Assembly: GCA_013239625.1 (NCBI GenBank)
Contig: MU057051.1
Coordinates: forward strand, 1,361,603 to 1,425,602
From: Lama guanicoe
Lineage: Eukaryota
Reading direction: 5' to 3'
DNA: 64,000 bases
This document shows positions 1-12,142 of the stretch, one piece after another. A program made the position numbers and the translations under genes. Each line of letters begins with the position of its first letter. The first letter of the stretch is position 1. The notes under the pieces were generated by a model, which had not been told where the DNA came from, did no database searches, and saw nothing but the letters and a program-made list of their open reading frames with translations.

Positions 1-164
1 TTTAAAGAAAAGGGAGACAAATTCGAGGGTTATTTTTTTTTTAACCAAATGTCAAGAAGTAAGTCTGGGTAGGAAGCTTCAGCTATGTCTCTCTTCATGT
101 TCAAAGTCTCCCCTTAAATCCCCAGAGGTGGGTTGGGACCAGGTTTTGCTTCTGGGCTCTTGCG

Positions 165-310
165 AGCTGTGTGACCTTGGGTAAGTAACTTAAACTCTCT
201 GTGCCTCAAATTCCTCATCTGTTAAACAGGATTAATCACAGTACCTCCTCTGTGAGTTTATCAGGGTTAAATGAGCTAATGACAGTAAAGTGACTGGCAA
301 ATGGCCACTG
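165..310 (+). mobile_element. MIR SINE
   Basis: Core agctgtgtgaccttgggtaagtaacttaaactctctgtgcctca...cctcatctgt. Confidence 0.9.
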
Positions 311-1169
311 CTCTATAAAAGTAGCAGCCACTACTGGCATATTCCAAAGGCCAAAAGGCCAACCACTCAGTTACCTCCGTGGGGCTCCTTTCCTTGGGTA
401 CTGACCGCCCACAAGCCCATAATGCCTTGGAGGGAGCCCCCTTTGCAACACGCATGTATGTTACTCCAGGTTGGGGAAAGAATCATCCCCCATAAATAGG
501 ATTTGTTGATTACACTGTCATTTAAGCAAAAACTGCTGGGTCATCTTGCAAAAGTCAACCTCAAATATGAACTAAGCAAGGGTTTAGAACTCTTTGGAGA
601 AATAGGGAATGATATTAAAGCAACTTCAAGAGTCTACCAACTGTGAGAGGGAAATCAATGAAAAGGAATTGGCAAAGAAAGTAGCAGCTGGTAGCAATGT
701 TTCCAGGTGGAGAGTAAGTCCCAGGAGAAACGGATTTGTTCAGGGAGAGTTCTGAAAGAGGGAGAGAGGGGTTTGTTGCATGTGATGACAGGGGAGCTAG
801 TTGAATTGCAGCCCACCCTGACACGTAACAGAGAGAACCTCCCTTCCTAGCAACGAGGGTGCTGAGAATCGGATTTAAATGATCCACAAAGGAAGAGAAG
901 ATAGGTGTCAGAAGCCTGAGTCTTAGGAGGAGAAACCTCCTACTTCAGGGGTGATGGCAATAAAAATTGAACCTCAAGGTTCAAATCATAAAATCTTTTC
1001 CATAGACTTCTGTTTGAGGGTAATATTGATTGCAATTTCTCCTTCTTAAAAATATGTTTTACAATAGATAAAGGCTGATTTGATTCACTTGTTTAACCTC
1101 CTTTGAAACCATCAAAGTCACTTGTTAATTTTTAAATAGTAAAAAAAAAAAAAATCATTTCGCTGCCTA

Positions 1170-1840
1170 AGCAGGCACTCTGAACATTGCTGGTGGGAGC
1201 ATAAATTGTTACAAGGCTGATAGAGAGCAATATATTGATGTCTATCAAAACTACAAATGCATATGTCCTTTGATGCAGCGTTTACTCTTCTAGGAAATGT
1301 ATCCTACAGGTACTTGCCTACATGAATGCAGCCTTTCCATAGATTTCTCGTTGTAGTATATGTACAATGGAATACTCTGCTGCTATAAAAATGAATGATT
1401 AATTTATTTATATGTTGAAATGGAAATATCTCAAATATATACTAAAAGAAGGGATCAGGGAGGTGGGTATAGCCCAGTGGTAGAGTGCATGCTTGGAATA
1501 CACAGGGTCCTCGGTTCAATCTCTAGTACCTCCATTAAAAAAAAATAAATTTTTTAAAATAATAAATAAATAATAAAAGCAGTTAATTTAAAAATAAAAA
1601 ATAAAAGAAAGAATCAAGATACATGAAATATATATGGTATACTACTATTTTTTAAATAAAATCAAAACAGGAAGAAAAAGATGTGCATGTGTATTGAGTT
1701 GCATGTGCATAAAAATTACCTGGAAGAATAAATAAGAAACTAATGACCAGTTACCTCATGGGTGAACTGGCGAGGATGGAGGGCAAGAGAGGGAGGTTTG
1801 AATTGTGAATATATAAGGTATCAAAAAAAATCAAATTATA
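1170..1840 (+). mobile_element. Old L1 (L1ME-like) 3' fragment interrupted by a SINE
   Basis: cattgctggtgggagcataaattg... and acaatggaatactctgctgctataaaaatgaatga are typical L1 ORF2-end/3' UTR motifs. Confidence 0.75.
1458..1612 (+). mobile_element. tRNA-derived SINE (Vic-1-like, camelid)
   Basis: gggtatagcccagtggtagagtgcatgctt...ggttcaatc A/B boxes followed by an A-rich tail. Confidence 0.88.
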
Positions 1841-2363
1841 AAAATACCACATTTTATGAAAACCTCCATAACCTTCCATTTAATGCCAAAGAAAACCTTT
1901 CAAAATAACAGCTTATCAACTAACAGCATTTAGGAAAATACCCCTCCAAAAAAGTATATAAAGAATTTAAAACAACTCACAGATCTCACTGCAAACTCTT
2001 TGAGCTGAAAAGGACTCTAGAAAGCACATTTCTTCTGTATTGCATACCAAATGAATAGAGACTTCAACTGCAAGTTGGTTCACTTCTCTGTGACTCGGGG
2101 TCTTTGACAATGAACTGTAAATGGCAATGCTAGTTTATAATGTAAAGTTCCAACCAAGTAGATGTGTCTCTGAAGGCCTACATAAATATTTAATACCCCA
2201 GGAGTATGCAATAACTAAATATGTATGTTTCCCTTTTTCCTCATTGATGAAATAGAAATAAAGACTTTTATAATAACATGAGCCATAAGACTATAAGCCC
2301 TATGAAGGCAGGGGCCACATTTGTTTGGATCAGTACAATACTACTATCACCAGTTATAGTTGA

Positions 2364-2915
2364 TGTTAACCTGAGTTTCTCCAAAAGGAGAGCTTAAGAC
2401 CAAGGCTATGTGCAAAGAGTTATTTGCAGGTGTGATGCCAGTGGGCGAGAGTAAAGGATGGGGAGAGTGAATAGGAAAGGAGGGAGAGCCAGGATAGGTT
2501 GCATTATCAAGTGGACCATTGCTACAGGTACCAGGTGGATACTGCGTGACCTTCTGAGGAGCCTTATAAAGTGTATCTCAGCCCTTCCACTCAGAGAAAG
2601 AAAAGGAGAAGCATTCATCCATCAGTCTCACCTCCCACTGGTCAAGGGTTGCCCCACCAAACTTCAGCTCCCCCACCATTCCAGATTATACAGGCATGAG
2701 TTACAGGTGCATTCTCCCGGGCATCCAGTGACACAGCTTCAGAGAAACAGATGCAGGAAGCAGGAGGCCCATGATGCAGGCCCGCAGTGAAGTCTGGCCA
2801 GACTGCCTCTGTGCAGAGCTGGTTGAAGTCTGCAGAGGACTGGGGACCACAGCTGTGGCTGGCACAAGAGGCGAGTCTGAGAAGACCTGAAGTGATGTAC
2901 AAGAGGCCTTCAGTA
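2364..2915 (-). mobile_element. MaLR LTR (MLT1K/L-like)
   Basis: Resembles an MLT1 consensus end (ccaaaaggagagcttaagaccaagg...gttatttgcaggtg). Boundaries approximate. Confidence 0.65.
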
Positions 2916-4391
2916 CTTGATGTGTGTCACACTGTAAGTGCTCAATAAATATTTGTTCACTGAAAAGACCCCAGGTGACTGGATTACAGAATTGGAGAGT
3001 TGGAGGAGGCTTTGGAAATCTGCTCATCCAACCTCCCACCTGGTATGGGTTTTTCTTTTGAAGGAAGATGCTTCAACTTTGCCCAAAGTGGGAGCTCGCC
3101 CACCACTTGCAAGGAATCCTTTTCATGTTTAGGAACTTCTGCCTACTGAGACATTTCCCTCACATGAACAGAAATGTGTCCTGCTGGGACTTCTGCCATC
3201 AGTTCCGCTTTGGGCCCCGACAGCATAATGCAGCCACTTCCTTTGCCAAATTGCACCTGTAAATGAGGTTTGCAAGTAAAAGCAGCATTTAAACAGGAAG
3301 CTGAGGGGTGTTATTGTCGTGTCCTCCGTGCCAGTTTAGCCAGCGTTCCTTGAGTTGGGCTTCATCCTACCACCACCCCCACCCCATAATCTATCCTGTA
3401 AGGGAGGGAGCTGATTTATATCCAGCTGGGTGGAGTGGCCTGATACTCTCAGAAAAGCAATTTTTGATATATGTCAAATGAAAACCTTCTGTCCATCATC
3501 CCAGGGTGAGCACCCAGTCCCAGAACAGTCACCCCTGAGCACCCCTCCTGAGTGGTACATCCTTGAGAAACTGCTCCACAGCCAGAAGCAGCTAACCCTG
3601 CACACCGGGATGTTTGAAGACAGTGACCGAGTCTCTGCAGAGACATCTGAGTGCCTTCTGTCATTTCCCCGTGATGAGACAGTTCCTTGCCATGCTGGCC
3701 ACTTTCTTCTTGATCCTTTCCAGTTTATCAAGTATAAACTGAAACTCTCTTAAAATGCTGCATCCATGCTGAAAGCAGCGCTCCCTGTCGGGCCTGACCA
3801 GCTCTGAGCACAGGGAGGCTCTGATTCACATCTACCCACTTTTGCTCATGTTAAATGAAAAGGGAGGAGAAATCCTGCATTCAGTTAATTTTTGGAAAAC
3901 TTGACTGAATGGGACAAATGGTGGAGAAACACAAAACACCCTTCCAATGTGAATACAAATAGGTACTTTTTTAAAAGATGTAAGTTTGTGTTAACACTTA
4001 AAGAAAAAAGAGAAGAACCATTGTCTCACTTCATGGAGGTCTGGGTTTTTCACTCTCAGGTGAACCTGGATGGGAAAAAAATACCCAAACTGCTGATTGG
4101 CTGCACTCTAAGTTCATGACATCTCCCCTCAAGGGAGCCCTTAGTTCAACTGGAAGTCCTACCAGTCCATTCACTCTCTGATCTCCTCACCAGATGTTCC
4201 CTGTATTCTGCATTCTAGCCCTCAAGACCTTCCAAGACCTTCTCCGCATGCCCACCCTTGGCTGATGGGCTTGCTTCCTATTTCAGTAAAAGCACAGAAG
4301 TACTCAGAAGAGAAAACACCTGCCAGTCCCCACTACCACATCGACCAGCCTGATGGCATCCTGGCCCACATTGGAGGACTTCTGTTGTCAC

Positions 4392-4922
4392 TGTACATGG
4401 TGGTTTAAATATACATCCACAAATTCTTTGACATTCAAAGAATTTTCAGAAAGAGGAACCTAAATTTTCTCCCCTTAGCTAGGACTTAATGACCCCTTTC
4501 TGACAAACAGAATGGGGAGGCGCTGAGGGATGTGTCTTAGAAGAAGAGATTATACAATTGTTGAGACTTCCGCCTCGATCACTTGTTCTGGGGGAGAGTG
4601 CCATGTTGTAGGAATACTCAAGCAGCCCTATGGAAAGGTCCTTCCAGGGAGGAACTGAGGCTTCCTGCTAACAGTCAACGTGAACTTGCTGGTTGTATAA
4701 ATGCGCCATCTTGGAAGCCACTCAAACCTTCAGATGACTGCAGCCTTGGCCAATATCTTGACTACAACCTCAGGAGAGACCTTGAGCCAGAACCACTTAG
4801 CTTAGATGCTGCTAAATTCCTGACTGATGGAAATCGTGTACAATAATAAATGTGGGTTCTCTTGGCTTTTTAAGCCACTAAATTTGGGGGCAATTTTTAC
4901 ACAGCAATAGATAACTAACATA
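4392..4922 (+). mobile_element. MaLR LTR (MLT1F/G-like)
   Basis: gaggaactgaggcttcctgctaacag...ccttcagatgactgcagcc...aataaatg...agcaatagataactaaca. Confidence 0.85.
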
Positions 4923-5122
4923 CTGTGGATGAACTGTCCATGCTTCCATTTTAAGCCAACCCTTCTATATGCTAGGCCCCATCCCTTCCCACTAACTCAC
5001 AGATGTTGTTCAAGTAAAGTGTCCCCTTTGACTCCTGCAACACCAATATTTTCCCCTTTAGTGGCTCATTCCCATCGGCATGTCAACATGTTATAATATC
5101 TCCCCATCTAAAAAGCAAACAA

Positions 5123-5251
5123 GGGGGAGGGTGTAGCTCAGTGGTAGAGTGTGTGCTTAGCAAGCACAAGGTCCTGGGTTCAATCCCCAGGACCTCCATT
5201 TAAAAACAAACAAACAAACCTAATTACCTTCCCCCCTCAAAAAATTAAAAA
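5123..5251 (+). mobile_element. tRNA-derived SINE (Vic-1-like), first of tandem pair
   Basis: ggggagggtgtagctcagtggtagag...gtcctgggttcaatccccag...aaacctaattacc tail. Confidence 0.92.
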
Positions 5252-5253
5252 TT

Positions 5254-5386
5254 GGGGGAGGGTATAGCTCAGTGGTAGAGTGTGTACCCAGCATGCACAA
5301 GGTCCTGGGTTCAATCCCCAGTTCCTCCACTAAAAATAAATAAATAAAAATTACCCTCCCCCTAAAAAACTAAATAAAAATAAAAA
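5254..5386 (+). mobile_element. tRNA-derived SINE (Vic-1-like), second of tandem pair
   Basis: gggggagggtatagctcagtggtagag...ggttcaatccccag, A-rich tail. Confidence 0.92.
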
Positions 5387-6134
5387 CGTGCAATTACACA
5401 AAATTATATTAATTTAAAATTACAGGCAGGCAAACACACACCTCTTGGTCTCACAACTTCCTTCTAGCTGTAGTTCAGTTGCTCTGTTCCTCTTTATGGC
5501 AAAATTCCTCGTAAGAGAGTGTATACTCTGTTTTCTTTCTTTTCATTCTCTCATGAAGCCCCTCCAGTCACTTCTTTCCCCTCCACTCCACTGACAAAGC
5601 TCTCGTCAGGGTCTTTGATGGTCTCGGCACTAAGCTCCCATGTTCCCACTTTGGGCTCTCAGCGGCACTGAGCACCCCCTCCACCTCAAAACACTTGCTT
5701 GGCTTTCTTGCTAAGACATCCCTCTCTCTCGGTTCTCCTGGTCTTCTGATCACTTCTCTGGTTTCTCTGCTGGTTCTTCCTTGTCTTCCTGACCCTCAGA
5801 TGTCAGAGTGCTCCAGGGCTCAGTCCTTGGATCGATTTTCTTCCCTAAGATATCTCTCATTTTGATCCCCACCCTGTCTGATGATGGCTTGACTCTATGT
5901 TGCCTGTGACCCCTAATTAGTGTGGGCTCAGGATTCCGGGAACACCAGTGCCTGCTTTGACCAGCTGACAGCACTATACGCTGTGCCTTCACCAGTCCAC
6001 ATCAAAGTCACTCACTAATTTTTGAAAAAAATCAGCGAAACCAGTTATTTTGATATATCAAAGTTACAAGATGTGGAGTTGTTTTTATTTCTCTTCAACT
6101 GGTTGAGTTGCTGGTAGATTGACTACCTTAGACC

Positions 6135-6312
6135 AGGATGTCAGAAGCGGGGCAGGGAGAGCTGTCCTGTGCATTGCGGGGCAGCCAGCAACATCCCTGG
6201 CCTCTCCCCGCTAGACGCCAGGAGTCACACCCACACCAGCGGTGATGATCAAAATGCCGACATTTCCAAATGTCCTCTTGGGTACAGGATCTGCCCCAGT
6301 GGAGACCCACTG
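6135..6312. mobile_element. MER20 DNA transposon fragment
   Basis: gctgtcctgtgcattg...catccctggcctctccccgctagacgccag...gacatttccaaatgtcc. Confidence 0.8.
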
Positions 6313-7456
6313 CCTGAGACAAATGCTGTGTGTGGACAGGTAGGCGGATAGGTTGAAGGATTTATGCAACATCGATTCAGGGAGGAAAAGGCTTAACATA
6401 AACAAACCCTTCCTGGGATCTGGTGAGTTAAGGCTTGTAATTGCTGTGTTTTTATCAGGAAGGAATACCTGCAGACCAGTCAACTGGCGTCTATTCAGAG
6501 AGGCTGCTGGAAGCGGGGGGCTAACAACCGGGGGGCTAATGAGGCTCCACCCAGATCACTCGTCCCTCGTGCGTGTCGTATTACTGCCCTGTGACGCTTT
6601 GTGAGATGATTCCTTCCCGTTGCCCTCAAATGCTGTGAGCAGACTGAGGGCAAGGACCAGCCTCTAGCACGGTTCCCAGTGCTTAGCTGGTGTTCAGTCG
6701 TTTTTCATTGGAACCGAGTATGGGTACCACGCTCTCCCAGGCCCAGAGCACAGGGTGAAGATGACCCACCCTTCCACTCGCAGCTCTCTGACTGCATCCC
6801 ACCCTTTAAACATGACTTTGGCTTTCACTCTGCCAGATTCTTTACAAAGACCTGTCCTTTTCTGTGCTCTTCCACTCAAGAATTAACCCCTCCCTTGGCA
6901 AGGAACTAAGTAGGTTAGCTGGACCAGGGGCGGCCACAGCCCTCCAAGGAACCTGGCTGTTAAGACAGTGACATTCTATGGGGGAGACGCTAGCAAACCC
7001 CTCTCACCCCGCATCATCACCTGTAACCCCCTGGTAGTTGACAGAGAAAACTAACTACTTACCGTACAGTTTCTAAAGGGTGGCTGGTGGGGACAGGGTG
7101 CTGTGCCTGGGAGAGCAGGGGTGCAGTTGACATGTTTCTCTAAACAGTTTAACAGAAAGAATTAGAAAACACTAGAGCCAGAAAGAATTGTGCAGAGCAC
7201 ATTGTCCAGCCCTTTTTTTCTATAGGGGACAGCCCCCAGTGCCCAGGGAGAAGTGACTTGACAAAGGTCAAACAATTTCAGCAACACAGCTTTGGCCAGG
7301 ACCCAGCCTCCTGGCTCCCAGTTCTGTGCTATTTCCACCTCCCTGTGCCGTCCTGGTTGGCACATGCAGAAACTTTAGGAGACACCCTTGTCCCAGCAGG
7401 ACGAGCCCGACACTGGTGGAGCCCCACTCTGCCCCCCAACCTTGACTCCCAGCGCG

Positions 7457-7652
7457 NNNNNNNNNNNNNNNNNNNNNNNNNNNNNNNNNNNNNNNNNNNN
7501 NNNNNNNNNNNNNNNNNNNNNNNNNNNNNNNNNNNNNNNNNNNNNNNNNNNNNNNNNNNNNNNNNNNNNNNNNNNNNNNNNNNNNNNNNNNNNNNNNNNN
7601 NNNNNNNNNNNNNNNNNNNNNNNNNNNNNNNNNNNNNNNNNNNNNNNNNNNN
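7457..7652. other. N-gap
   Basis: Run of n. Confidence 1.
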
Positions 7653-8593
7653 TTTTCTCCACACTGGGTGTTCGGCATCCATCACGGCCATTGAGCTTGG
7701 CAGCTGTCTTTTAGCTCTAAACTGCCTCGTTACTCATCTTTTATGACTAGCCTTTAAAAACACTAGGCGCCGATACCCCTTTTATTGTAATATATGTGTG
7801 CGGTGGGAACAGAGCCATACTTCACCTTCGCTATAAAACATGAACCGAGGGTGCCAGCAGCTACCTGAGCTGGCCTCTAAATTGAGACAACAATTACCCT
7901 TCGCTGACATCTAGTGTCAAGGCATGAGATATAGCCAGCGTGCTGAATCCATTGGCCTGGAAAACCACGCTTCCCCAGTGATAAAGCCTGTCTCACCCAC
8001 CAAGCTCCAGCCCCAGCTGTAAAGGGGGGGATGCGCAGAGAGATGAACTTGGCCCTGGCTGTTGACTTTGCCAGGGCGCGAGGTTATCGAATGGGGCCCC
8101 TGTCTGCCAAGGCTTTAAAGAGCTTGTAATGTTTAATGAAGGGACGGTCATTAAATGTGTTTGGTTCAAATAGTAGGCTCGATGAGCCTGGGTGGTACTT
8201 AATAGAGAGGTGGGAAAATATGAATTAAATTAGAGAGATTCATTAAAGAAATTGGCCGGGAGCCCAAGAATGTCAGGTTGTCAGGCAGAGCTGCCAGGAG
8301 CTGGAGCTCGTCCAGGGAGGAAAACTCAACTAGCTTTAGACTTTAAATCCCAGAATTGCCCTGTAAGATGTGCTTAAATACTGGCCAGCCTGTGCTTGTG
8401 GAGAAAGGGACAGTCATAGTGTAGAATATTTTATGGAACACAGCAGGGATGGAATGCTTGTGGATAGAACTTTTTCTCCCCCTCGAGGAAATGCTTTTGC
8501 CTTCCGCGGTGGAAGCACACAGAATTTGTACATTTTCAAAGCAGAGATCCCGATTTCTCCCCACTTTGGAAAGGGTCTGCCGTCTCCTCTGGT

Positions 8594-8815
8594 CCGGGCG
8601 TTCTCAGTCTGGCACTACTGGTACACTGGACTGGATAATTCTTTGTTGGAGGGTTGGGGGCTGGCCTCTGCAGTGCAGGATGTTTTGCAGCATCTCTGGG
8701 CTCTACCTTCTTGATGCCAGTAGGCCTCCTCCCTTCCACTGTGACAATGGAAAGGGCCTCCAGGCATTGCCAGATGTCCACAGGAAAGCAAAATTTCCCT
8801 GGTTGAGAACCACTG
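8594..8815. mobile_element. MER20 DNA transposon (near full length)
   Basis: ttctcagtctggcactact...ggataattctttgttg...ggttgagaaccactg. Confidence 0.88.
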
Positions 8816-9149
8816 GTCTCTTCTAACCTCAGGAAGCAGGTTCAAACCCCTAAACTGACCTGCCTCAGTGACCCTTCATTGGCTGGAGGATGCACTGTTG
8901 GTCCAGCACTTCTGAGTTGCCCTGGTAACTGGCCCGGTGACCACTCATGCCTGATGTCAACCATGACTGTGTTTCCTGGCTTGTATGTTGGACCTTGGCC
9001 TGGTGAACTCTAGCTCAGCTTTGGCCACAGTCCCGAGTCTTTACCACAAGCATTGTTTCATCTCCTGATCTTATTCTGATAACACTAATCCTATAAAAGA
9101 GTCCTAATACCAGCTGAGGTATCTTTGCTTCAGGTGGTCAGAGAATCAA

Positions 9150-9420
9150 CATATACTTCCTGCTAGGGATTCCATAGGAAACAAGACCATCAAAAGCACC
9201 GCCTTTACGGGATTTACATCCTAGTGGTGAGGGAGAGGCAGTGAGTATATTAATAAACAAGCTGTGTTCAGATGATCAGAAGTGCAATGAGGAAAATTAA
9301 CCAGGTAATTGGATAGAGTGGAGAGGGGAGGGCGGGCCACTGCAACTAGGGTCAGTGAAGGCTTCTCTGAAAAAGCAAAGACAGCCAAGATGTGAACAAT
9401 GAGAAGTAGGTGGCTCTGAA
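9150..9420 (-). mobile_element. L2 fragment
   Basis: gggatttacatcctagtgg...gtcagtgaaggcttctctga. Confidence 0.6.
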
Positions 9421-9439
9421 TACAGTGTTCTCTCTGTTA

Positions 9440-9680
9440 CAACAGGTTCTATTTTAAGAAGAAGAAATTTAATAAGTTTAGAGCACTCACAGAGTAAAGT
9501 GCATAAATCTCATGTGAACATGTCAGTGAATTCACACACCCACATTTATACTCAGGTAAACACCACCCAGATCAAGACACAAAACCTCTGCATCATCAGA
9601 GGTTTATTCCTGCCCCTTCCCTGCCATTGCACATCTACGGAGAAGACTGCTCTGTCTTGGATCACCATCAATTCATTTTG
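9440..9680 (-). mobile_element. L1M 3' UTR fragment
   Basis: gtgaattcacac...aaacaccacccagatcaagacacaaaac. Confidence 0.65.
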
Positions 9681-11505
9681 CCAACAGACTCCATTGTATT
9701 TTATCTTGTTTTGTTTTTTCTTGGAGAGCCAGTCTGGTCTTCTAGACCAGCAACTTCTCATAAATTCTCATAAGCCTTTAGTTACTGATAAAAACAGAAG
9801 GAGGCCACTATCTCTTCCCCTAGGAAACTTTGGGAACCAGCTGTGATGGGACCCACATCATTGAGCCCCTGTCAGGTTCATCCGGTCCTCGCTGATGCTG
9901 TGATGCCCGGGGTGGGGAGAGACACGAGGGGAAGCAGAGTCTCTGTGTTTTCATCCCTACCCCCTTCCTTCCTGTTTGCTGAACAAACATTCCTGCCAGA
10001 GAGAACAGTAGAAAAACACTGGACTCTGTCAGCCCCCCCGTTAATCAGCGGGGCCACAACAAATCACAGGATGAAGCCCATGACACATCAATTACACTAA
10101 AACCTGAGGGCAGCTACGGGAATTGGCAATCAGGCGCAGGACCTCCGGGGGATGCCTCCACCCAGCCCGGGAGGCCTAGATGCTCTGCTACTAATTGGTC
10201 CAGCGATGAGGTGACAGCTGGAAGGTGGGCTGGTGACTACAATATAAGAAATGCTTCCAGTGGGCAGTGGTCTTGAGTAAAGATTCTCAAACCTAAAAGG
10301 GCTGTGCCTGGTGGGTCATCTTCAAGCCCATTCTGGATGATAGATTTTCACAGAATTTAGTTATCATGAAGAGGAATGATCCTGTAATTGGAAACTTGCT
10401 TCTATCCCCACTGTTGACTAACTAGAAACTTGGGCAACTGAGTTGACCGCTAGGTGTCGCAATTTCTTTTGCTACGTCTGCTGCACCACCTCATGAAGGC
10501 ACTGCCTCTGGAGGTCAAGAAAGGGGTTGAGAACCGTGTAAATGTGTGGGTGGTTGTGCTTACGTATGAGCTGGTGTTTATTCATCATCCACTTGATAAC
10601 ATTACATGTGTCCACTGGGCGTCGGCGCTTTGTTTACCTCAAGGAGTTCACAGCGGAGAAGAGAAGACAGGTTGCGTTGGAAGAAGGCGGTCCACATGGA
10701 GGCATCCAGCAAATCCGCCGGCTAGCATTGTAGTCCGGCGACCTGGCTGTTCCCCAGAGAGAAGCCGGGCATTGCCTTGTTCTTGGCATCCGTGAGGCAG
10801 CTGGCGCCTGAGGAACGATGCAGTCGGATTCCCTAGGCTTGTCTGGGCCAGGCTGCGTGGGGTGTAGAGGACCGCCTCAGCCGTTACCATCTTCTTCCCA
10901 CTCTCCTTTCCCATTGCTCCACCACTTCCTGGATATGAAAGTGGAGCCGGGAAAAAGAAGGACATAAATGGGAAGAGTCATGGAACACAGTGGGAGAAAG
11001 TCACGGTGGCCAGATTCAGGACAGTGCACTGGGGCTGGTTCCACCGGAACCCACACAGGACCAAGCACTCGCCAAACGTGATCCAGCCTGTGAGTGCGCC
11101 AACCCCAGCTTTCTCATCTCCCGATTCCATGCTGTTTCTTACTCACTGGGGGTGGCTTACTAAGTCTGAGTTCTTAGTTACAAGCAACAGAGACTAATTT
11201 GGGCTGATAAATGGGAAAAGGAGTTTGTTTTTAAGAAGATGTTGCCAGGCCAAAATCACCAGTAGATACTAAAGTCACAAGGTAAAACTTTTTGAAGAAC
11301 AGGATGTTCACAGTAGGTAAAGCACAGATTACTTACTACAAGATTACTTGCAAAGGGAAAAACCATGTATTTGCAATGAAGTGATCTGGCAGGGATCATG
11401 CTAACCAAGTGATCAAATCTAGTGTTGCCAGTAGTGGGGGAGGCTCTATCAGAGTCTGGTGTGCATGGCCCCACCTATGAAGCACACTTGCCAAAGATGT
11501 AAACT

Positions 11506-11606
11506 ATTTTTTCATTGAAGTTCCATCAGTTACAGCATGTCAATTTCTGGTGTACAGCACAGTGTCCCAGTCATGCATATGTATACATATATTCGTCTTC
11601 ATATCC
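11506..11606 (-). mobile_element. ~100-bp young L1 3' tail
   Basis: tcagttacagcatgtcaatttctggtgtacagcacagtgtcccagtcatgcat, the same sequence as at 46368 and 62696. Confidence 0.85.
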
Positions 11607-11611
11607 TAAAC

Positions 11612-12142
11612 TTTTTTTTAATTGAAGTATAGTTGATTTACAGTGTTGTGTTAGCTTCTGGTGTGCAGCATAGTAATTCAGTTATACATATATACATTCA
11701 TTGTAAGTTATTACAAGATATTGAATATAATTCCCTATGCTATACAGTAGGACCTTGTTTGTCTGTTTTATATACAGTAGTTAGTATCTGCTAATTCCAA
11801 ACTCCTAATTTATTCCCTCCTCCCTTTCCCCTTTGGTCACCATAAGTTTGTTTTCTAGGTCTGTGAGTCTGTTTCTGTTTTATAAATAAGTTCATTTGTA
11901 TCCCTTTTTTTTAGATTCCACATATAGGTGTTATCACATGATATTTTTCTTTCTCTGTCTGTCTTACTTCACTCAATATGATACTTTGTAGGTCCATCTG
12001 TGCTGCAAATGGCATTATTTTATTCTTTTTCACAGTTGAGTAATATTCCTGTGTGTGTGTGTGTGTGTGTACACACACCACATCTTTATCCAATCATCTG
12101 TCAGTGAACATTTAAGTTGCTTCCATATCTTGGCTATTGTAA
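11612..12142 (-). mobile_element. L1 3' end (cetartiodactyl-type), ORF2 C-terminus plus 3' UTR
   Basis: ORF 11911-12093(-) ends MDLQSIILSEVRQTEKEKYHVITPICGI*, the L1 ORF2p C-terminus. Poly-T at 11612. Confidence 0.92.
12050..12077. repeat. (TG)n/(AC)n microsatellite
   Basis: tgtgtgtgtgtgtgtgtgtgtacacacac read directly. Confidence 0.9.

Larger units (their letters stand above)
4130..6000 (+). mobile_element. L2 LINE fragments, interrupted by MLT1 and two SINEs
   Basis: Pyrimidine-rich L2 motifs: cttgcttcctatttcagtaaaagcacagaag; ccactccactgacaaagctctcgtcaggg; agtgctccagggctcagtccttgg. Confidence 0.75.

Noticed and set aside
5123-5330. tRNA genes (also at 1458, 39990, 48385, 60878)
   Set aside because: A/B boxes are present, but they are followed by SINE-specific tails and A-runs and the copies are diverged. 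These are SINEs, not tRNAs.
7258-7746. Long ORFs spanning N-runs (also ~15.0, 22.2, 41.8, 46.6 kb)
   Set aside because: Artefacts of translating n as X.
10454-10965. Possible processed pseudogene in the CpG-rich patch
   Set aside because: No recognisable peptide in any frame, and no poly(A) tail or TSD.
12050-12077. Hairpin from (TG)n followed by (AC)n
   Set aside because: Microsatellite expansion at a TA-rich spot inside an L1 tail; no evidence for a structured RNA.
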